This document shows, piece after piece, positions 24,741-32,000 of a stretch of 32,000 nucleotides of DNA. The position numbers and the translations under genes are program-made. Location of the stretch: positions 1,269,965-1,301,964 of the forward strand of contig OY970167.1 of NCBI GenBank assembly GCA_963706725.1, given 5' to 3'. The DNA is from an uncultured Actinomycetota bacterium (lineage in GTDB: Bacteria; Actinomycetota; Thermoleophilia; Solirubrobacterales; Solirubrobacteraceae). The notes beneath the pieces are model-generated. The model was given only the letters and a program-made list of their open reading frames with translations, searched no databases and was not told the origin of the DNA. Position 1 is the stretch's first letter, and every line of letters begins with the position of its first letter.

Positions 24741-25625
24741 TCAGGAGCTGCTTGCGACAGGTTGATCGGCGTGGTCATGGCTTCCGTGCGCTTCGCTCGC
24801 CGCCTCGGGCACCACCAGGACCGGGCAATGAGAGACACGCACGAGGTCTTGGTTCGTGCCGCCATGCAGGAGACGTCTCACGAGCCCGACCGACCGGGAT
24901 CCGACTATCAGGAGATCGACGGTGCCACCGGCAGCGATCAGCTGCTCGTTGGCGTCTTCGACGCTGACGTGCGGCTCAGACCCGGCAAGCGCCGCGATCT
25001 GGTTCGTGACAGCGTTCATCGGCTCCGGAGCCGGCGATCCCTCGTGTGTCGTTCCTGCATGGCGGAGGTACGCCGGAACATCCACCAACTCGGCTGTGGC
25101 CAGCTCGGCATTCAGCGCCATCGCCAGATCGCGGGCGACAGTTGCTGCCGCGCGGCTCGCACTTGAGCCGTCGTATGCAAGGCCGATCTTGCCGATCGCG
25201 GATGCCTTGTCCGCATATCCCACGGGCGCCACCGCAACGGCCCCGCGTACGGCCCTCAGCGTGTCGCGGGTGTCGTCGCCGATGAATATGCGTGCCGCGG
25301 GACCGCGACGCGTGGCGCCGACGACCACCAGGTCAGCGGACTCGCGCTGAGCCAGCTCCTGAAGACCGTGACCTACCGTGGCTGCATCGTGTGCGACGTG
25401 GGACCGAATCCCGGTCTGCTCGGATGCCTGCTCCAGGATAGCCTGCGAGTCGACATGGCGGACGCGGTCATAGTCACCCGTCTCGCCCTTGGCGGCAATG
25501 GGATATCCCGCAACGATGTGCACAAGTACGAGCTCGCCGTCAGAAGCGACCAGCTGGCGAGCGAGGGCAGCGGCGTCGAGGCCACCACCATGACCGTCAA
25601 TTCCCACCAACACCTTGTGAAACAT
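24741..25625 (-). CDS. Tandem universal stress protein (two UspA domains)
   Basis: The first domain reads MFHKVLVGIDGHGGGLDAAALA...ADLVVVGATRRG. The second reads IGLAYDGSSASRAAA...VDLLIVGSRSVGLVRRLLHGGTNQDLVRVSHCPVLVV. AGGAGGG lies upstream of the ATG at 25625. Confidence 0.88.
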   Translation of the reverse strand: MFHKVLVGIDGHGGGLDAAALARQLVASDGELVLVHIVAGYPIAAKGETGDYDRVRHVDSQAILEQASEQTGIRSHVAHDAATVGHGLQELAQRESADLVVVGATRRGPAARIFIGDDTRDTLRAVRGAVAVAPVGYADKASAIGKIGLAYDGSSASRAAATVARDLAMALNAELATAELVDVPAYLRHAGTTHEGSPAPEPMNAVTNQIAALAGSEPHVSVEDANEQLIAAGGTVDLLIVGSRSVGLVRRLLHGGTNQDLVRVSHCPVLVVPEAASEAHGSHDHADQPVASSS

Positions 25626-25929
25626 CGAAAGCCCTCCTAATGAGTGTGACTTCAAGCTAAACCGCCCTTACCGCGCATACACCCGTGGACGGCCGGTGTT
25701 TGCGTGCGGCTTTGATGAGGCGGGGGTAGGGTCTGCCCACTTCTGCTGTGCGGGTTAATCCACCCGGAGGGCAGGCGCCGCGTCAGCAGCTAAGCGCCGC
25801 GTGAGCTCGGCGCCAGCAACACTCACGGCAGCCATGCCGGTACCACTGCTCGCCCCATCGCCCGCGCCCAAGCGACCTAGCTCGATCAGTGCTCCGCGGG
25901 GTGCGCGGCTGCAGAGGGACAAACGCGCA

Positions 25930-25959
25930 ACGCCCGCGCTGGCTTCCCAGCGCGGGCGT
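25930..25959 (-). terminator. Perfect 13-bp stem / 4-nt loop hairpin, a probable terminator of the 26057-26722 gene
   Basis: The hairpin is ACGCCCGCGCTGG-cttc-CCAGCGCGGGCGT, ~100 nt downstream of the minus-strand stop. On the minus strand it is followed by TGCGCGTTTGTCCC, a weak T-tract. Confidence 0.5.
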
Positions 25960-26056
25960 CCGTTCGGGGTTATGACGGAGGACCCCGGCGCTCTCGATTC
26001 GCGGCCCCGGCTCCCTGGTGAGGGTCGATCTGGGCCGCGAGCCGAAGTTCTTGTCG

Positions 26057-26722
26057 TTACGCGACCGGTGCGGTGCTGGTCGAGTCGCTCTGCTCGAGCT
26101 GCTCGAAGAGCCGCTCCTCGGCGGAGGTGCGGGCCGCGTGCCAGAGGCCGAGCGCGGTCAGCACTGCAAGCAGTGCGGCACCGGCGAAGGCGGCGACGGC
26201 GCCCCACAGCATGACCGTGCCGATCGTGCCGAAGGCATAGGCCTCCAGCAGCATGCCGCGCAGTGTCGTGCCCATGAAGGTCGTCGTCTTCAGTGCACTG
26301 AACTCGGTGTACGCCTTGCTACCGGGCTTGGCGGCCATCGCAGCACCGCTGATCACCGAATACACGCCATGGTCCGGCATCGCATACAGGTGCTGGCCGA
26401 TGAAATCGTTGGCGTAGACCTGCGCCTCCTTGCCGGTCAGGACCTGCTTGCCGGCATAGGGCTCGAGTGCACCGATCATCAACTTGGCGTTCGGGAACTC
26501 GGGATCGGTGACGGCCTTCTGGCCGCCCTTGGCGTACTGTGCCTTGACCGCGTTGATCTCGCTCTGCTTCGGGAAATAGACCTGCTGCTGCGCGAGCTGG
26601 TTGTGCACGTTGCTCTGCGCGAAACTATGGCCCCAAACCAGCAGACCACCAGTCACCAACAGAATCGCGACCAGTGCGGCACCAACACCCGACGTGATCT
26701 TGTCAAATACCTTGCGTTGCAT
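26057..26722 (-). CDS. Hypothetical bitopic/two-TM membrane protein with a large extracytoplasmic domain
   Basis: It has an N-terminal TM segment (GVGAALVAILLVTGGLLVW) and C-terminal TM segments (AFGTIGTVMLWGAVAAFAGAALLAVLTALGLW). A strong RBS (GAGGAGG) is present and the codon usage is good. No family was recognised. Confidence 0.7.
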   Translation of the reverse strand: MQRKVFDKITSGVGAALVAILLVTGGLLVWGHSFAQSNVHNQLAQQQVYFPKQSEINAVKAQYAKGGQKAVTDPEFPNAKLMIGALEPYAGKQVLTGKEAQVYANDFIGQHLYAMPDHGVYSVISGAAMAAKPGSKAYTEFSALKTTTFMGTTLRGMLLEAYAFGTIGTVMLWGAVAAFAGAALLAVLTALGLWHAARTSAEERLFEQLEQSDSTSTAPVA

Positions 26723-27248
26723 TCCGGGTTCCTCCTCTTTATTTGGGGTCCTTTAGTCCTCCGGGTTGCACGACGGATACTGCTCTCACGGCGGTGCTCG
26801 GGGATCGGGGCCAAGCACGCTTCCGGGGGTGGGATGCCCCTGTTTCCGGAGTGCGTAGTCAGGAACCGGCGAGCCCGTAGTTGCGAGCCGGCGACTACGT
26901 AGTTTCCGCGGGTGATTGCGAGCCGAGCTCGCCGCGGTTCGGCGCGTACCACCCCACGCCTCAGTCAGCCGGCCAGCCTTGGCTGGTGGCAGCCGCGGCT
27001 GGCTCACTCGGCAGGACCGCAGGGGAGCGCGGTCGCATCTCGCCGGGGAACGACGGTCGACAGGATCCGCGACGGGAGCAGTGAGCATCGGAGGGCGGCA
27101 CCCTGGCCGACTCGGATCAGGTTTGCTGGTGGTCGGGACGATGAGCAGCCCCGCGATCAGACCCCCCGCGATCAGCCGGTGAATCATGGCCCGGGCGCCA
27201 GGAGACGGGCGCCATCCCGAGCGCCCGAACCCGCGCGCGTCTACACGC

Positions 27249-27797
27249 CTATTTCTCCCACGCCGTCGCGATGGTCCGCGGTGCCTCGCCTCGGGCTGCC
27301 TCAGGGTCAGCGGTGTTCAGCAGAGCGGCCTCCTCGACGCTGGTCATCGGTATGACCAGGACGGGCCGCTTGCTGGCGGCAATCACGGCGGTCGAGATGC
27401 TGTCGAGCGTCGGGCCAGGGGTCCCGTGCCGATGGGCGCCGAGGACGATCAGCGAGCTGTCCTGCTCCTCCGCAACACGCAGAATCGTTGCGGGCACCGA
27501 CACCTCATTACGCGCGATCAGTGGCCTTGGCATCAGGCCGTGCTCGGCCGCGAGACGGTAACCCTCCTCGACCTTCTGCTGCGCGCTGCTCTTCGCCTTG
27601 TCGATCAATAGTTCGGCAGACGGGGCGTCCGGGTCTTCCCTGTAGTTGAACGAATCGGTTGCTGGCAGCGGCTCGTTCCAAACATGCAGCAGCGTGACAT
27701 CGTGGCGCGGGAACATCGCTCGGGCGAGAGTCGTCGCGGTGCGAATCACCGCAAGCTTGGCGCTGGGGGAGCCGTCGTAACAGACTAGGACTGACAT
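27249..27797 (-). CDS. Universal stress protein (single UspA domain with a C-terminal tail)
   Basis: The sequence reads MSVLVCYDGSPSAKLAV...LIVLGAHRHGTPGPTLDSISTAVIAASKRPVLVIP. AAGGAG lies upstream of the ATG at 27797. The longer ORF start at 27908 has no support. Confidence 0.85.
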   Translation of the reverse strand: MSVLVCYDGSPSAKLAVIRTATTLARAMFPRHDVTLLHVWNEPLPATDSFNYREDPDAPSAELLIDKAKSSAQQKVEEGYRLAAEHGLMPRPLIARNEVSVPATILRVAEEQDSSLIVLGAHRHGTPGPTLDSISTAVIAASKRPVLVIPMTSVEEAALLNTADPEAARGEAPRTIATAWEK

Positions 27798-28326
27798 GGC
27801 TTTCTCCTTGAGGCATTGTTGGTGCGCAGCTGGGCGGCAAATCAGGCCGAGTGATGGGGCGTAGTACGGGTGGTTGAACAGCTCAAGCGGACGCTCGCCC
27901 TGATCCACCGGGATCCAGAGCCACGGCTGCTCTGCTCACGCCTCCTGCTTGGCGCCCGGCTCATCTGGCACCTCCCGGTTCGTGTTGACTGCTGGCATCA
28001 AGTCTGGTGCGAGGCGTGTGCCAGGCCATCGGGTAGATGGTGCGGACCGCTACGGAGTGATGCCGGGCACCGACGCGGTGAAACAACGGATGCCCGCGCC
28101 GCCTACCACTGATTGGCCACTCGGGGGACTACCGAGATCAGCGCGGCGCATCGTCTGTCAGGCGAGGTGGTCGGGTCAGAGAAGAGCGCTCACGCGGGCT
28201 GGCGTAACGTCAGGTTGGCGTGCTGCGCGGGATATGCGGCGCCGCGTCGCGGCCCCGATCGGTGCCTGATGCGGTCCGGTGATGCCGGCGGGTTGCCATG
28301 CGCTGAGACACGACGCGGAACCCCTG

Positions 28327-29223
28327 CTAGGTGTTGGTGGTCGCGAGCTCGGCCACGTCTTGCGGCGCGGGGCTGGTACCCCGCAGCCGCGCGCCACGGG
28401 TCAGGATCAGAAGCGGTGAGCGTGCGTAACGCAGCAGACGCAGGGTGGTGCTGCCGTGTACGAGGCGCCCAAACGGCCCGTAACTCCGGGACCCGACGAC
28501 CAGCAGGTCGACTATGCCGCTGAACATGGCGAGTTCATTGACAGTGTCTCCGCAAGCTGCGGAAGCGCGCAGCCCCGTCTCCTCGGCAATCCGGTCGCAG
28601 GCGGCCCTCTGCCGGTCGCGGATGATTTCCTCCAACGTGCTCCAGACACCTGGGCTGATGTCATAGATCGGAAGTGGCAAGGCCTCAAATGCGGTCAGCG
28701 CGGCTCCGGTCTGATGCGCCAGGGCGCGCGCGACCACGATCGTCGAGCGGCTCTCCTCCGAGCCGTTGTAAGCGACACCAATCTCCATGATCGGGCTGCC
28801 GCTGTCGGCGTAGCCCAGTGGTGCAACCGCGACGGCGCACGGCGCTCCGTTGATCGCGTGCCGGGTCTCGTCGTTGAGTAGGACTCGACCGTGGCGACCT
28901 CCAAACGAGGACCCGAGCACGAGCAGGTCTGCCTGAGTGCGGTCGGCAAGACGATGTAGACCGGCACCGACGCGGTTGGAGCCGATGCTGCAAACCTCGG
29001 CATTGAGCCCGAGCTCGCGGTTGACCGAATCCAGGAAGCCGAGCGCCACGTCGCGTTCGACGCCGTCAAGGGTCTCGCTGTCACCCTTGTCGCGAGCGCC
29101 GGACCGTGGGTGGACGGTGGCGAGGATCACCTTCCCGGTTGGGCTGACGAGTCGCCTGGCAAGCGCGATTGCGTCGCGTCCGCTTGTTTGCTTGTCGATC
29201 GCAATCAGGACTTTGTTGAACAT
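28327..29223 (-). CDS. Tandem universal stress protein
   Basis: The first domain reads MFNKVLIAIDKQTSGRDAIALA...ADLLVLGSSFGG. The second reads IGVAYNGSEESRSTI...VDLLVVGSRSYGPFGRLVHGSTTLRLLRYARSPLLIL. A GAGGAAG RBS is present. Confidence 0.88.
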   Translation of the reverse strand: MFNKVLIAIDKQTSGRDAIALARRLVSPTGKVILATVHPRSGARDKGDSETLDGVERDVALGFLDSVNRELGLNAEVCSIGSNRVGAGLHRLADRTQADLLVLGSSFGGRHGRVLLNDETRHAINGAPCAVAVAPLGYADSGSPIMEIGVAYNGSEESRSTIVVARALAHQTGAALTAFEALPLPIYDISPGVWSTLEEIIRDRQRAACDRIAEETGLRASAACGDTVNELAMFSGIVDLLVVGSRSYGPFGRLVHGSTTLRLLRYARSPLLILTRGARLRGTSPAPQDVAELATTNT

Positions 29224-29357
29224 CGCTTCCTCAGTTTCGCTGTCGATGTCGCTCGGAAGCGGCCGGTGCCATCGAGGCTAGGCGCGTGCAGGCGTCCCGC
29301 AATCCGTAGGTCGAAGTGCTGTTGCTGCTGCCAACACGCAAGTCTGATCGGTGTCTT

Positions 29358-30140
29358 CTACCCGCGTAAATCACGGCGATCGAAGCCGTAAGCACCGATC
29401 GCGATGCAGACGATGGCCACGCATGCGAGAACCACGAGTCCGGCGAGCCAAGCCCCGTTGCTGAGCGGATCGCGTCCCGCGTAGTAGTAGTACAGAGAGA
29501 GATACTTCAGCCAGCCGAGGGCGCTGAGCAGCGGCGCGAAGCTGTTGATCAACCACCCAAGGATCGCGATCGTCGACGCCGCGCCGGTCGCCAGCGCACG
29601 ATTGCCGGTGGTGGCAGCGAATGCGATGGCGACCGCGCCCGTGGCGAATCCGAAGAACGCGAGCGCCACCGCCAGCGCAGCCATATGGGTGATCGGGATC
29701 CCGCCACCGGCGGCAGCGACCCCGACGATCAGCCCGAGCCAAGCAGCAAAGGAAATCGTCGCCACGACCACGGCAATCGCCGCGGCCTTCGAGACGACCA
29801 GGGATTTGCGTCCAAGCGGGCAGGACAGAACGACCGCGAGGATCCCACGCTCTTCCTCGCCGGCAACTGTCGCGCAGGCACCCGCAATCGCCAATCCACC
29901 GGCCAGCAGCGGTCCGTAGATCGCTCCGATCTCGCTACGGAACCACCCGGTGACGGTGCCGTAGTCTGCGCCACCGAGAAGGTTCGCGACGCTCCTTGGT
30001 ACGTGCAACGCGCCAATCGAGTGACCCACCGCAGGAAACAGGGCGCCAACGGCCAGCATCACCGCGATCAGCCCAGTACCGGCCACGAAGGTCGATGCCA
30101 TCCGCAGGCGGACGGCGAGTTTGAACACCGGGCCGCTCAC
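29358..30140 (-). CDS. ABC-2-type transporter permease
   Basis: It has six hydrophobic segments and overlaps the upstream ATPase gene by 4 nt. Its size and topology fit ABC-2 exporter permeases. Confidence 0.8.
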   Translation of the reverse strand: MSGPVFKLAVRLRMASTFVAGTGLIAVMLAVGALFPAVGHSIGALHVPRSVANLLGGADYGTVTGWFRSEIGAIYGPLLAGGLAIAGACATVAGEEERGILAVVLSCPLGRKSLVVSKAAAIAVVVATISFAAWLGLIVGVAAAGGGIPITHMAALAVALAFFGFATGAVAIAFAATTGNRALATGAASTIAILGWLINSFAPLLSALGWLKYLSLYYYYAGRDPLSNGAWLAGLVVLACVAIVCIAIGAYGFDRRDLRG

Positions 30141-31036
30141 GCTGGATCCTCGCGGTAGTAGCGCAGGAAGATCTCTTCCAAGTCATCTTCACGGGGGCGG
30201 ATCGCGCGCACCTCGTGCTTGGCCGCGGCCTTGATCACGGCATCGGCTGAGCCTTCGAAGGTGACTGTCATTACCGGTCCGCCGGTGGTTACCGTTGAGA
30301 CGCCTTGGAGGGAGGTGAACTCAGCGGCGGCGACGGGTCGGACGAACTCGATCTCAAGGCGCTGGGTTGCGACCCGGCGCAGGTTCTCCATCGAATCGAC
30401 CACGACCAAGCGCCCGCGTCGCAGGATGGCGATCCGATGCGTGACGCGCTCGATCTCAGACAGGGTGTGCGAGGACAGAAGCACGGTCTTGCCTTGGGCG
30501 CTCAGTTCGGCGAGCAACGAATGGAAACTCTGCTGAACGAGGGGGTCCAGCCCGGCGGTCGGCTCGTCGAGGATCAGCAGTTCGGGCTGGTGCATGAACG
30601 CCTGAACGAGGCCCAGCTTCTGTCTGTTGCCGGTCGAGAGCTGACCGACCGGCCGGTCGAGTTCGGCACCAAAGCGTTCAACCAAGGAGTCCCGGAAAGC
30701 TCGGTCAACGCCGCCTCGCAGGGCCGCCAGGTGGTCCAGCATCGCGCGCCCCGTCAGTTTGGGGTAGAGCGCGAGGTCACCGGGTAGGAAACCGACGCGG
30801 CGGCGGATGGCGAGGCTCTCCTCGACGGTGTCGAGCCCGAGGATTCGAGCGCTGCCCGATGTCGGGCGAATGAGCCCAAGAAGCAACCGCAGGGTCGTGG
30901 ACTTGCCCGCCCCGTTTGGGCCGAGGAAGCCGAACACCTCGCCCGGGCAAACGTCCAGATCGAGATCGAACAGACCTCGCCCCGCACCGTAATCCTTTGA
31001 CAGCTCGCGGGTCGCGATCACTGCTTCGGCGGTCAT
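30137..31036 (-). CDS. ABC transporter ATP-binding protein (DrrA/ABC-2 exporter type)
   Basis: Motifs present: Walker A GPNGAGKST, signature LSTGNRQKLGLVQA, Walker B LLILDEPTAGLD and H-loop LSSHTL. A C-terminal accessory domain is also present. Confidence 0.9.
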   Translation of the reverse strand: MTAEAVIATRELSKDYGAGRGLFDLDLDVCPGEVFGFLGPNGAGKSTTLRLLLGLIRPTSGSARILGLDTVEESLAIRRRVGFLPGDLALYPKLTGRAMLDHLAALRGGVDRAFRDSLVERFGAELDRPVGQLSTGNRQKLGLVQAFMHQPELLILDEPTAGLDPLVQQSFHSLLAELSAQGKTVLLSSHTLSEIERVTHRIAILRRGRLVVVDSMENLRRVATQRLEIEFVRPVAAAEFTSLQGVSTVTTGGPVMTVTFEGSADAVIKAAAKHEVRAIRPREDDLEEIFLRYYREDPA

Positions 31037-31144
31037 GTGTCGGGAATTGCTCTGCTCGTGGTTGGCAACCGGTGTATCGATCGTGGTCTCGCTCGTGCCG
31101 GTTGGCTCATCGCGATGACCTGCTCGCAGGGGCGTCCCTTGCCG

Positions 31145-31237
31145 TCATCTTCGGCCCTTGGGCAGCGGCGAATCATGGGTGACCACATGGCCAACGGCTG
31201 CTCCGATCACCCACGCAGCAACGGCAATGACCCTCAC
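31145..31237 (-). CDS. Speculative 30-aa hydrophobic small ORF between the USP gene and the ABC ATPase gene
   Basis: The GTG at 31237 overlaps the USP stop (GTGA). The translation is MRVIAVAAWVIGAAVGHVVTHDSPLPKGRR*. Its third-position GC is lower than in neighbouring genes. It is too short for the ORF track. Confidence 0.2.
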   Translation of the reverse strand: MRVIAVAAWVIGAAVGHVVTHDSPLPKGRR

Positions 31238-31716
31238 TTGAGGCTCTCGCGATGCTCGGCTCGCGCCGCAGCAATCGCGGGCGACGGCACCACAACCACC
31301 GGCAGATCGGCGTGCTGCAGCAGGTGATGGGAGGTGCTGCCGAGCATCAGCGACTTGACGCCGCTGTAACCCCGGCTGCCGCAGACCACCGCGTCTGCCT
31401 CAAGCGCCGCTGCCTCGGCGAGGATCGCGTCGGCCGCTGTGGACTGGACCACGGCGGTGCGCGAGCTCGCATCGAGCCCCGCCTCACGTGCGAGGGCCGC
31501 GCCCTCATCGGCCGTCTTGCGAGCGCCCTTTTCGCTCTCGACATCGATCCCGTCGTAGTCGAAGACGATGCTGTAACCGCCCCCAACCCGGGCCATCGTG
31601 TCGATGAATCGCTGCCAGACGTTGAGCACGGTCACGGTCTCGCCGGCGAACAGCTTGCTGGACTGCTCGATCGCCGCCTTGGCGTCAGCGGAGCCGTCGT
31701 ACGCAATCAGAATCAT
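31234..31716 (-). CDS. Universal stress protein (single UspA domain)
   Basis: The sequence reads MILIAYDGSADAKAAIEQ...ADAVVCGSRGYSGVKSLMLGSTSHHLLQHADLPVVVV. The ATG at 31716 has GGGAG upstream. Confidence 0.88.
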   Translation of the reverse strand: MILIAYDGSADAKAAIEQSSKLFAGETVTVLNVWQRFIDTMARVGGGYSIVFDYDGIDVESEKGARKTADEGAALAREAGLDASSRTAVVQSTAADAILAEAAALEADAVVCGSRGYSGVKSLMLGSTSHHLLQHADLPVVVVPSPAIAAARAEHRESLK

Positions 31717-31927
31717 CAAAGCTCCCAGCCTTTTTCGGGTCCCGACACCATTTCACGGTACGCGAGCGCATGGCTGAGACGGGTCAGTAGAAGGCCGCAG
31801 CCGTCGGTCTGAACACCGCACCAGGAACACGTATGCACCGCCGGGGCGCTGCGGTCTCCTGCGGGTTCCGTTGGGGCGTTCCGAAACCTAGCCTCGTCTT
31901 CACAACCACGGCCCTGGAGGAACCCGC

Positions 31928-32000
31928 ATGAACGCGCTGGATTTCGCACGCATCCAGTTCATGATCACCACGCTGTTTCATTTCATCTTCGTACCGATGT
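31928..32000 (+). CDS. cydA: Cytochrome bd ubiquinol oxidase subunit I, first 24 codons only (continues beyond the window end)
   Basis: Hand translation from the ATG at 31928 gives MNALDFARIQFMITTLFHFIFVPM, matching the conserved CydA N-terminus (M..LD.SR.QF..T..FHF.FVP). GGAGGA lies 7-8 nt upstream. Confidence 0.75.
   Translation, partial: MNALDFARIQFMITTLFHFIFVPM

Noticed and set aside
25656-26056. Possible genes in the 400-bp gap after the 26057-26722 gene (ORFs 25755-26207(-) and 25801-26214(+)).
   Set aside because: Both translations are low-complexity (poly-Arg/Ala/Pro) and overlap each other and the real gene. The only convincing element is the 13-bp hairpin at 25930-25959.
26786-27187. 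The 133-aa ORF downstream of the USP gene, considered as a membrane protein.
   Set aside because: Only the first ~20 residues look like a TM helix. The rest is Arg/Pro-rich with no periodic codon bias, and no RBS precedes the ATG. A very short peptide cannot be excluded.
31890-31905. A Rex or CRP/FNR operator upstream of cydA.
   Set aside because: A TTCACAA half-site is present (cgtcTTCACAAcc). The expected partner half (TTGTGAA for Rex, TGTGA for CRP) is absent at the correct spacing.
1-32000. CRISPR arrays, rRNA genes, and large tandem or dispersed repeats.
   Set aside because: No regularly spaced direct repeats, rRNA-like conserved blocks or long duplicated segments were seen on either strand.

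Overview
The window is a high-GC, actinobacterial-type chromosomal segment with dense coding, GGAGG-type ribosome-binding sites and many 4-nt start/stop overlaps. No rRNA gene, intact tRNA gene or CRISPR array is visible.

**Layout, left to right**
- **1-2.4 kb, core genes:** a partial NAD(P)-binding protein, a membrane protein and a frameshifted GlxA-type regulator.
- **About 2.4-7.46 kb, lower-GC mosaic accessory segment:** a large secreted FN3-containing protein whose ORF runs into a degraded IS110 transposase fragment, a MazEF-like toxin-antitoxin pair, a divergent NERD-domain gene, a tRNA-like 3' fragment and an rve-type transposase remnant.
- **7.47-9.94 kb:** an OmpR-type two-component system with a divergent Cys-motif lipoprotein.
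- **10.38-17.53 kb:** ten translationally coupled genes. They encode a four-subunit group-3b-like [NiFe]-hydrogenase with a cNMP-binding-domain gene inserted among the structural genes. The maturation tail is atypical: an endopeptidase, a HypA without a zinc finger, HypC, an EamA/DMT transporter, and a conserved protein with an internal HypC-like domain.
- **17.5-19.1 kb:** a convergent, frameshifted pyruvate-kinase-like gene.
- **19.4-23.1 kb, metal-ion module:** a soluble PRC/MgtE_N/CBS protein (frameshifted), an NRAMP-family transporter carrying Mg-type (NRMT-like) site substitutions, and a short CDF-like protein.
- **23.2-31.7 kb:** a co-directional minus-strand array rich in universal-stress-protein (USP) genes. 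It also holds a CBS-pair protein, an orphan ABC ATPase and an ABC-2 exporter, and it ends at the start of cydA. This resembles a hypoxia/dormancy-type gene set.

**Most interesting candidates**
- the hydrogenase operon with its embedded sensor-like gene and non-canonical maturation genes;
- the split MgtE-sensor/NRMT pair;
- the USP/ABC array.

Four single-base frameshifts are visible. They may be assembly indels rather than true pseudogenes.

All calls rest on reading the supplied translations and on hand translation. No database search was run.
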